DNA of 64,000 nt from Octopus sinensis (Eukaryota), in the NCBI RefSeq assembly GCF_006345805.1, contig NC_043003.1, positions 57,722,001-57,786,000 on the forward strand. Direction: 5' to 3'. A model generated the notes under the pieces. It saw only the letters and a list, made by a program, of their open reading frames with translations. It was not told the origin of the DNA and ran no database searches. Position numbers and translations under genes: made by a program. Positions 53,467 to 64,000 of this stretch are shown piece by piece; position 1 is the stretch's first letter; every line of letters begins with the position of its first letter.

Positions 53467-53868
53467 AACAGACATGGTTGTGTGGTAAGAGGCTTGCTTC
53501 CCAACCCCATGATTCTGGGTTCAGTCTGCTGCGTGGCACCTTTGGGCAAGTGTCTTCTACTATAGCCTTGGGAGTGTATTTGGTAGACGGAAACTGAAAG
53601 AAGCCTGTCATAAGTTATATATATATATGTGTATATATATATATATATGTGTGTGTGTGTTTATGCCTGTGTTTGTGTTCACCCCCGCCACCATTGCTTC
53701 ACAATCAATGTTGATGTGTCTACGTCCCTGTAGCAGTGCGGCAGAAGAGGCTGATAGAGTAAGCACCAGGCATACAATCAGTTAGTCCAGGCGTTGATTT
53801 CTTCAACTAAAAGGCAATGCTCCAGTATGACCACAGTCAATTGATTAAAACAAGTAAAAAGAATCAAA
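53463..53868 (+). mobile_element. SINE family A
   Basis: Head, microsatellite and tail. Confidence 0.85.
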
Positions 53869-54552
53869 GATTAAATATATATATAATGTATGTATATATA
53901 TATATATATATATATATGATGTATGTTTATATATATATATATACACACATAATGATGTGTGTGTGTGTATATATATATACATGTATTTATGTATATATTT
54001 ATATATATATGTATATAAATAAATAAATATATATATATATTCATGTATGTATATATGTATATGTATGTACGTATATGTATGTATGTATGTATGTTTGTAT
54101 TGTAAAATGTTCCAGACACTGATGTTGAGCCTCTTATGATTTGTATTAATTTACCAGCAGGATCTTCTAATTCCTATGGCCGCCAAACTGGTTTTCTGGT
54201 ATCTTTGCACAGTACAGTATTAATGAAAATAGGTATGAATCATATACGCTAATCTACAGGTACCAGTCTTTCCTTTAAGTAAATTTAATATTTAAAATGT
54301 GCTGACTTAGGTGATCACCTCTGCTTAGAAAAAAAATTCAGTATTCTGGAAAGTTATGTTGTACTCGTGTATGTATGGTGGTAGTGGTGGTGGTGTTGAG
54401 GTATGTAGTGTGTAGCTGTTGTGTGTGTTTAATAAACTAAAAGTAGTGAAGCGCTTACACAAAAGGTACCTTCCATCAGGACTGTGTTAATCTAGATCTT
54501 TGGGGGTTTTTTTTGAAAAACCTTTTAAATATAATTAATAAAAATAAAAATC

Positions 54553-54918
54553 AAATTTGATGACTGGCATCTGTGCTAGTGGAGCGCTAAGATCACCATC
54601 TGAGTGTGATTGTTACCAGCATCTCCTTACTGGCACTTATGCTGGTGGCATATGAAAAAACATACAAGCAAGGTCATTGCCAGTGCTTGCTGGACTGGCT
54701 CCTGTGCAGGTAGCACAATAAAAAGCACCATTTGAGTGTGACCGTTGCCAGTACCGCCTGACTGGCCCTCATGCCGTGGCACGTAAAAGCACCCACTACA
54801 CTCTCGGAGTGGTTGGCGTTAAAGAAGGGCAGCCATCTGGTTTGCCAGTCCTCAGTCAAATCGCCCAACTCATGCTAGCATGGAAAGCGGACGTTAAACG
54901 ATGATGTTGATGATGAAT
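54553..54918 (+). mobile_element. Family B retroposon, longest copy
   Basis: Internal repeats of AAAAGCACC..GAGTGTGA..GCCAG, ending CATGCTAGCATGGAAAGCGGACGTTAAAC(GAT)n. Confidence 0.85.
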
Positions 54919-55319
54919 GGTTAATTGAAGAAAATCTTTTTTCAAATATTGTGATTGTATCAACAGATATTTCTAACATGTTCTTTAAATACACAGTCAT
55001 ACACACACACAAACACATGCACATAGTCACACGCCTTCACACACATACATGTGCACACACACACACACACACACACAAATACATCCACACACTGATGTAT
55101 ACACATACACACCGATTTGTATTTATATAACCTAGTGAAATCTATTTTTGTAGAGGGAACTACTTGAGGAGTTGAGTCTGTAGTTGTTAATTAAACCACA
55201 CAGATGTTAAGACATTAGGACTTCAGCTGATGTGTAAGCTGATGTCTTCACACCTGCCACTCCTTCCATGACCACCACCACCACCACCTCATAACACTCT
55301 CTCTGCCTCACCCATCTAC

Positions 55320-55525
55320 AAATCCATCCTATCTCTCTCTCTTTCTCTCCTCCTTCTCTTTCTCTCCTCTCTCTCTTTCTCTCCTCTCTCTCTTTCTCTC
55401 CTCTCTCTCTCTCCTCTCTCACCCCTCACTCCTCTCTCTCCTTCTCTCTCTCCCTCCTCTCTCTCTCCCTCCTCTCTCTTCTCCCTCTCTCCCCCCTCTC
55501 TCTTGCGCTCTCTCTCTCTCTCCTA
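55320..55525. repeat. Polypyrimidine (CT-rich) tract
   Basis: About 200 nt of almost pure C/T. Confidence 0.9.
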
Positions 55526-56819
55526 TTTTCTGTTAGATCTTGAGTTCCTGATAGATTTATTACAAACATACAAATGCATGCATACACATGTGTGTGTGCG
55601 TGCGTTTACAGCACACACGTATACGCATACATGAATTTACACACAAAACTATTTCCTAAGATGTGTGTGTTTGTGTGTGCATATAGATGTGCATGTATGC
55701 ATGCATATATGTGTATACATATATGTGTGTACATATAGATTTATTTGTATGTATATGTATATATTTATATGTATGTATGTATACATATGTCTATATATCT
55801 ATCTGTGTATACACACATATATATATTCTTGTGTGTATGTATATAGATATATATATATAGAGAGAGAGATATATAGATATATGCATGTATATGTATGTGT
55901 GTTGTATGTCTGTATAATATTTATAATATACATATATGTATATATAGGCATACGTATATATATATGTATGTATATGTATATATATATATATATATATATG
56001 CACACACACACATGCAGCCATACAGTTGCATTCTCAATGGTGCACACCTTTGCACACATGCACATAAATATCATCTTCTCTGGTAAGGTAATTACTAAGA
56101 GTCCTGACCTGCTGCTGATTCTAATTACTCCAAAACGAACTATTGTGTGTTTACGTGTGTGTGTGTGTGTGTTGTGTGTGTGTGTGTGTGTAAGGTATTG
56201 CATATGTGCAATGAATCAGTGTATGTGTATTTGCATGTATCAGTGTACAATCATAGATTGTGTGTGTGTGTGTGTGTTTGTTTGAATCTGCATACGTCCA
56301 TGTGTTTCTGCTTCAGCCAAATAATCCTTATAGCTATAGTTAGACACTGTATGACATTCACATCCAGACGCCACCTTCCTTATGTCTGAAGATTCTCATT
56401 CACAAATATTAACCATTACATAACAGTACGTAGATAAGATGTACGATAGCTGGTGGAATGGATAAGATGTATGTATGTTTGGCCTACTTGCTCAGAGGTC
56501 ATGAGTTCAAATCCACTGAAGGCATTTTGTTACATTGTGTTTTCAGGGGCAGAACGCTGTATTCTCCATTGACCTAGTTCACCTGTCCGTCTGATCAAAC
56601 TCCCCAAGTTGGCGCTGTGTCAAAGAACCAAATCGGTGGTTGAAATCTTCCTATGTTACTTTTGGGAATATCACTACCCAGACAACATAATCCAATATAT
56701 GTGTTTTTAAGATGGTCAGGTATGGTCTGTGGGACATTTGGCTACAGTTTCTAGCTTCACACAGATGTGTGTTTATGTTCCTATATTATTTAAGACAGTC
56801 TATATAAGATAGACTAAAG

Positions 56820-57330
56820 TAGTGGTACTCAACCAGGGTCCATATATCCCCTGGAGGGGGTCCACATAAGATTTCCTTGTTAAAATTTCTGGCTGTGTGG
56901 TAAGTAGCTTGCTTACTAACCACATAGTTCAGGGTTCAGTCCCAATGCGTGGCACCTTGGGCAAGTGTCTTCTACTATAACCTCGGGCCGACCAAAGCCT
57001 TGTGAATGGATTTGGTAGATGGTCAATGATTAGAGTGTCGGGCTCACAATCATGAGTTAGTGAGTTCAATTCCTGGGCTCGGCTGTGTGTTGTATTCTTG
57101 AGCAAGACACTTTATTTCACATTGCTCCAGTTCACTCAGCTGTAGAAATGAGTCGCAAGTCGAGATTTCACTGGTGCCAAGCTGTATCAGCCTTTGCCTT
57201 TCCCTTGGATAACATCGGTGCCATGCAGAAGAGAGACTGGTATTTGTCGGCAACTACTAGTTTTCCATAAACAACCTTGGAGAGGAACTTTCTAGGTGAA
57301 ATCTGAGATCATCCATGACCGAAGGAGGAT
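56820..57330 (+). mobile_element. Composite: hAT MITE left end (56820-56887), SINE A 5' half (56888-57020), SINE D (57025-57330)
   Basis: TAGTGGTACTCAACC TIR-like start; family A head; TCTTGAGCAAGACACTTTATTTCAC..CAGCTGTAGAAATGAGT. Confidence 0.75.
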
Positions 57331-57542
57331 TTTTTAACTTTTTTATTTATATATATATTGTATCATGTGCTATCCAATGTAATGTAGATATCACATTTCA
57401 ACCTATGTAGAAGTGGGATACTAGTTGTGGCCTTCATGGCTATCTTGCACACAAATACACACACACACACACACACACACACTCACTTACACAGGCAGTA
57501 ACACATGAATGTATCCAGTTATTGATTAATATGTTTATTCTT

Positions 57543-57965
57543 CTGACCTCCTGCTCCCATTTCTTGGTTCGTTTATAATTAATTATGATATATAACGAAT
57601 GATAACCAATTACACAGGGGTGTAGATAAATAATATAATATATCTAATCTGATTTATAACATGTGTTATTCTAGTATGATTATGTGTATGTACATGGATG
57701 TGGATGTGTATATGCATAGTGTATGTATGTGTGTATATATATATATATACATATATATGTATATATATTTATATGTATGTGTGTATATTTACATACATAC
57801 ATTATATATATATATAATATACACACGAGTGTGTATATATGTATGCATTTATTTAGTATGTATGTATATACATATATTTGTGTGTATAGCTATGTATATA
57901 TTTATATACGTATATGTATAGGTGTGTGCTTATGTGTGTGTGTATATATATATATGTGTGTGTGC

Positions 57966-58014
<49 letters not shown>

Positions 58015-59070
58015 GGTGTGTGTTTATGTATGTATCTATGTATATATTTGTGTATCTACTTATATATATATTGTCTATATATACATACACACATATTTGC
58101 ATGTATATAATACCTATCATCATCATCATCATCATATACGATATGATATGCAGTCAGATGTTCATAGTAACATATGCAATCTTATTCTTTTGTAAGTGTT
58201 TGATATATGATATCATCTAGCCTAATATCACTATACATAATGTGTGATATCAAAATCTGACCCCTTGCTGCTTCATTTCTTGGTTCGTTTGTAATTAATT
58301 ATGATATATAATGAATGATAACTTAAGTGAATGCAGACACATAATGCAACAGTTTTGATAAATTAGCATACACTATCGAATGTGATGTGTAACACGCTAT
58401 CCAGTCTTTAATATATATCTGCGTTGTCCAACATGTGTGTTTGTTTGTGCATGTTGTGTGTATATGTTTGTGTATCTAGACATGTGTCCATACATGTATG
58501 TGTGTATATATATATTATATGTGTGTGTGTGTGTGTATGTGTATATGTGTGTATGTGTGTAGATGTATATATATATGCGTGTGTGTGTGTATGTATGTAT
58601 ATATGTGTGTGCATATGTATGTGTGTGTATGTATATATATATATGTGTGTGTGTATATGTATATGTGTATATATATGTGTATCCATTTAGATGTTTGTGT
58701 GCTGTGGGAAACGGATGTTGAATGATGACAAATGATATGTATATATGTGTGTGTGTATATATGTATGTATATATTCATGTGTATGCATGTGTGTGTGTGT
58801 GTGTGTATGTGTGTGTATAGACATATATGTATGCATATGTATATAATGTGCTTAGCGATCTGATATGTTTAAATAGAACAGTCAAATTAATCTGTTGTTG
58901 CGCGATACGTAATATCCTGTATCCTCATACGACAAATGGCTGTATTATGCTAACATGTGATATCCTGCTTCTTTACATGGTTCCATTGTAATTATTGATG
59001 ATACATAATGAATGATAACTAGTCCAATGCAGGTAACTGTTGCAGTAGTTTTGATAATTACCATACAATA
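57543..59070. repeat. Three diverged copies of a ~65-110-bp motif at ~700-bp spacing
   Basis: TGGTTC..TAATTA.T.ATGATA.ATAA.GAATGATAAC anchored at 57565, 58281 and 58978. Confidence 0.75.
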
Positions 59071-59247
59071 TCTAAGCTTATATGCGATATACACCATACA
59101 ATCTCTGTGATATAGGCATGACTTTGAGGCACCGGTGCTGCTGTGTGATAACTCTGAGATTAACAAGTTTTCTTCATAATCGTATGGCTTTGGGCGTAGT
59201 CCCTCAGTATAGCACCCTGGGCATGTGTGTATATTTCTGTACATATA

Positions 59248-59613
59248 TAGGTGCAGGAATGGCTGTGTGGTAAGTAGCTTGTTTAAACACATGGTTCCGG
59301 GTTCAGAGCCACTATAGCCTCGGGCCGACCAAAGCTTTGTGAGTGGATTTGGTAGACGGAAACTGAAAGAAGCCCGTCGTATATATGTATATGTGTGTGT
59401 GTGTGTGTGTATGTTTGTGTTTGTCCCCCTAACATTGCTTGACAACCGATGCTGGTGTGTTTATGTCCCCGTCACTTAGCGGTTCGGCAAAAGAGACCGA
59501 TAGAATAAGTATTGGACTTACAAAGAATAAGTCCCAGGGTCGAGTTGCTCAATTAAAGGCAGTGCTCCAGCATGGCCGCAGTCAAATGACTGAAACAAGT
59601 ATAAGAGTAAGAG
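59248..59613 (+). mobile_element. SINE family A
   Basis: Near full length, with a small deletion in the head. Confidence 0.9.
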
Positions 59614-59903
59614 TATATTACACAGATATAAACATACGTTGTGAAGTGGTTGGTATTAGGAGGTGCATCCAGCTGTAGGGAACCAACTATACCCAAAGAA
59701 GACATTGGAACTTGGTGCAGTTCTCTTGTTTGGCAGTTCTTTCTGGGTCCTCAGAATCATGGAACATGGACAGACGTTAAATGATGATAATGATGTGTGT
59801 ATGTATACAAACACACACACACACACACACACATATAGGCACAGGAGTGGCTGTGTGGTAAGAAGCTTGTCACAATACAGTCCTGTCTAATATTGTAAGC
59901 CAG

Positions 59904-60308
59904 TCAGCTGGCAGAAACATTAGCATGCCTAGCAAAATGCTTGGTGGTATTTCGTCTGCCGCTACGTTCTGAGTTCAAATTCCGCCGAGGTCGACTTTGC
60001 CTTTCATCCTTTCGGGGTCAATTAAATATGTACCAGTTACGCACTGGGGTCGATATAATCAACTTATTAATCCGTTTGTCTGTCCTTGTTTGTCCTCTCT
60101 GTGTGTTTAGCTCCTTGTGGGTAGTAAAGAAGTAGATATTTTGTCTGTCTTTATATTCCGAGTTCAAATTCCTCTGAGGTCGACTTTGCCTTTCATCCTT
60201 TCGGGGTCGATAAATTAAGTTCCAGTTGTGCACTGGGGTCAATCTAATCGACTGCCCCCCACCCCACTCCCCACCAAAATTTCAGTCCTTGTACCTAGAG
60301 TAGAAAAG
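59904..60308 (+). mobile_element. Dimeric SINE family C bounded by 15-bp direct repeats
   Basis: AATATTGTAAGCCAG at 59889-59903 and 60309-60323, with two B-box/core modules inside. Confidence 0.85.
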
Positions 60309-60619
60309 AATATTGTAAGCCAGCTATTTATGATGTAATATTCAGTCTAGTTGCATGATTGAGACGATATCTAACCCCTCTCAATGGCAATATCTTCTTT
60401 ATATTTCTAGCAATAAAAAAGAAATAAAGAGCAGTGATAAAAAAAAAAAATACAGCAATACAAAAACAGGCAAAAAAAAAATCTAATGATTTATAGTTGT
60501 GTGTTTGTGGTGGTGGTATTGTTGGAGGTGGTGCAAAACAGGATCCAAAAACCCAGTGGTTGGTGACGTAACAGTACTTATAATGAATGAGTAAATAAAA
60601 ATATCCAATCTAGTGTCGA

Positions 60620-62003
60620 CATTATAATAATAATGATGATGATGATGATGGTGATAGTAATAATGATAATAATAATATCTGATATGTAGTGCGTGGTAGA
60701 TGTTTCGTTATTTCCCTGGTGACTTGGCTCTAATTTGCCAAAGCAATAATCCTAGAGTTTGACTATTTCTCTGGAGGCTTTACTTTTGACATTGTTGATG
60801 ATGATGATACTGACGATGATACTGACGATGATGATACTGGTGGTGGTGGTGTTGGTGGTGCTGGTGGCGATGATGATAATTGTGGTGATGGTGCTGGTGG
60901 TAGTGGTGGAGCAGCTGCTGTTGATGATGGTAGTAGAAATGGTGATGATGATGATGATCATGATCATGATAACAATAGCTGACATGGTGGTGGTGGTCAC
61001 TGCCAGAGTAATGGAAATGATACTAATGATGGCAATGATTACGGTGACGGTGGTAGTGGTGGTGGTGGTGGTGGCGTTGTTGATGGTGCCTTCTATTGTG
61101 ATGATGATGATGGTTATGATGTCTAAACTGATGATGCAATGGTGGTTTGAGGTGATGATGATGATGACGATGATGATGATAGTCCTGGCACTAGTTGATG
61201 ATTTTGTACAATGTTGATCAGATGAAGGTGGTGGTGGTGGTGGTGGTGGGCCATTGTTGAGTAAAGATTACTTTTGGAGATGTGATGATGACAATGGCTT
61301 TCTGTGTCACTGGTGATGGCCATGGCAATAACAGAACTGTTGGATGTCATGGTGGTGGTAGTGGTAGTGGTCTGGGTAGCATGTTAAATGATGAAAATTG
61401 TGATGTAAATGGCCACAGCTGTCAGTTCTGATGGCGATGATGATGATGATGATGATGATATATATTGATGGTGTTGATGATGATGATGATATATATTGAT
61501 GGTGTTGATGATGATGGTTGTGATGTTGATAAGGATGTCAGTGGCTGATAACAATTTCAGATAATCACGATAAAAATCAGGACGATCAGATATGATTTTA
61601 ATGTTTGAAATCATTGTGGCAATGGTAGTGGTGATGGTTGCAGTGGTGATGGTTGCAGTGGTGGTGGTTGCAGTGGTTCTCATATTATTGGTGATCATCA
61701 AAATTATTGGAGTTTAATGATGTTTATGATGATGATGATGATGATGATGGCAAGGCAGCTGATAAAGGTAGCAGGTGGTTGTAGTTGTAATTGTTGTGGT
61801 GGTGGTGGTGGTGGTGGTAACGGCAGTGGTGGTGGTGGCAGTGCTGATCAGGTGGTGGAGGAATAGGGTAGGGTGGGGGACTATTATGCTTAGAGGTGGC
61901 AATGATTAATTATGATGATGATGATGATGATTGGTGATAAGAAGTATGATGGTGGTGGTAATAGCAATGATGGCTGTGATGGTAGTAGTGTTGGTGACAA
62001 ATG

Positions 62004-62048
<45 letters not shown>

Positions 62049-62390
62049 CGACGACAATGGTGTTGGTGGTGATCTTCAGCTTTGATTCCTGCACAGCAGA
62101 CAGCTCTATGGATCAAAGACAGGCTTTCTTCCATTGACCATTCCAGCATAAAGCTACTTTACTTTATGTAATACGACCCTTATATTTAATTAATAACAGT
62201 GTGTGATTTGATGGAGATTTGGCTGCTATTCTTAGTAATTTCATCAACCATGCAGAAGTCCCCTTACTGACAAATAATGATGAAGCATGATGCTTATGAT
62301 AATTGTGGTGGTGGTGGTGGTGGCATGGTATTTTGTAGCGATGGTGGTGGTGGTGGTGGTGATGGTGGTGGTGATTTTTATAGGATTGTA
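60620..62390. repeat. ~1.8-kb mosaic of (GAT)n/(GGT)n trinucleotides
   Basis: Direct inspection. Strong G+T strand skew. Confidence 0.9.
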
Positions 62391-62549
62391 TAACGATGTT
62401 ATTCATCTTGATGAAGCATTCTTAAGCTGGATGCAGAATAAGCGGTAGAGTGGGGATTGGGCTGGGGTGAGGGGTGGCTTAAACTTCATTTACCATCATT
62501 AGCTGAATACTCCTGTCACACACACACATTTGCACACAAGCCATTTGAG

Positions 62550-62584
<35 letters not shown>

Positions 62585-62984
62585 TATGTACATACATATA
62601 CATACACACATACATCATCCAAAACACATACCCACACATATACAAACTTAGTAATTCACATGCAGACACTCACACACTTGTAGATGCATATATATGCACA
62701 ATGCATTCATAAATGTGCATAGATACACATATACACATTGCTGAATCATAGAGAATAATATACCCAGGTACGCCTCCTGCATGAAAACTTACCAGTGAAG
62801 TGAGTGCAAGCATACTTGGTATAGTAAACCAAGTAGTCTTAATTTGAATTACTTCATTAGTGGATGAGAATAATTACTATCTCAATTAATCCCGGAAAAA
62901 AAAGATAAACAAAAACAAGGGATGATAAATCTTAAATTTTAATTAAAATGAATTATAATGGAATGCAGTGGGTTTCTTTTTATT

Positions 62985-63360
62985 CTTTTATTTGTTTCAG
63001 TCGTTTGACTGTGGCCATGCTGGAGCATTGCCTTTAGTCGAACAAATCGACCCCCAGGACTTGTTCTTTGTAAGCCCAGTACTTATTCTATCAGTCTCTG
63101 TTGCCGAACTGCTAGGTTACGGGGATGTAAGCACACCAAGATCAGTTGTCAAGTGATGGTGGTGGGGACAAACACAAATACATGCATGCACACACACACG
63201 ACAGGCTTTTTTCAGTTTCCGTCTACCAAACCCTCTCACAAGGCTTTGGTCAGCCCGAGGCTATAGTAGAAGACACTTGGCTAAGGTGCCACTCAGTGGG
63301 ACTGAACCTGGAACCATGTAGTTGGGAAGCAAGCTTCTTATCACACAACCACTACTGCTC
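62985..63360 (-). mobile_element. SINE family A
   Basis: Reverse complement of head and tail. Confidence 0.88.
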
Positions 63361-63454
63361 TGATGGGAATCATCTAGTAAGATAGACGCATATTCAGATA
63401 TTTTTTCCTCTTATAATATATATATATATATATGTGTATGTATGTGTGTTTCTG

Positions 63455-63650
63455 TGTTTATCTACCCCAACATCACTTGACAACCGATGCTGGTGCATTA
63501 GTTGTCAAGTGATGTAACTTAGTGGTTCAGTAAAAGACACCGATAGAATAAGTACTAGGCTTACAAAGAATAAGTCCTGGAGTCGATTTGCTCGACTAAA
63601 GGCGGTGCTCCAGCATGGCTGCAGTCAAATCACTGAAACAAGTAAAAAAA
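63455..63650 (+). mobile_element. SINE family A, 3' half
   Basis: CTTGACAACCGATGCTGG..GATAGAATAAGTACTAGG..CAGCATGGCTGCAGTC. Confidence 0.88.
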
Positions 63651-64000
63651 AAAACGAAGAAGAATACATATGTTGTAAAATAGTTGACATTAAGAAGGGC
63701 ACCGAACCACAGAAACCCTGTCCAAATAGACACTGGACCATGGTACAGTGCTTGGGCCCATCAGATCCTGTCATAACAGCCAACCCATACCAGCATATGA
63801 TGAGATGAGAAAATATATGTGTAATTCCTCCTCCTTTCATATATTTGTACACATGTTTACATGTGACGATTATGATAATGGTGATGGTGATGGTGGATGC
63901 ACTTGTCGTTTTCACTGTTTGAAATATTAACTGGCTGAGTATCTCACAGCCATGTCTACCCTTGACAGAAAGGATTTTCCACTGATGAGACAATCATTGC

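Noticed and set aside
54116-54260. Short open frame after TTCCAG as the next ds exon
   Set aside because: The translation ([14 protein letters not shown]..) has no cadherin motif and the acceptor is weak.
63975-64000. CTGATGAG at the window end as a hammerhead start
   Set aside because: It is truncated by the window, so stems and GAAA cannot be evaluated.

Overview
AT-rich animal genomic DNA saturated with microsatellites, very probably from an octopus. The species is inferred from recalled SINE families and was not verified. The only convincing protein-coding sequence is the large first coding exon of dachsous (7959-9689, +). It encodes a signal peptide, cadherin repeats EC1-EC5 and the start of EC6, with clean splice signals and both Four-jointed-type phosphosites. 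No downstream ds exon is recognisable, so the remaining ~54 kb looks like a single intron. That intron holds tRNA-derived SINEs (at least five families), piggyBac-like and hAT MITEs, and decayed LINE fragments (R4-like, HERO-like, CR1/L2-like). It also holds minisatellites and local duplications. The most unusual items are: (i) a 219-bp zero-spacer fold-back at 53148-53366 whose arms contain a non-canonical type I hammerhead-like ribozyme, plus other hammerhead-like remnants beside (TA)n tracts, consistent with Penelope-like element termini; (ii) a candidate 5' UTR exon of ds loaded with upstream ATGs; (iii) a cluster of NK2-type TYAAGTG motifs; (iv) closely spaced inverted repeats that could form dsRNA in the pre-mRNA. 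Nearly all other ORFs in the supplied track are translations of simple repeats.
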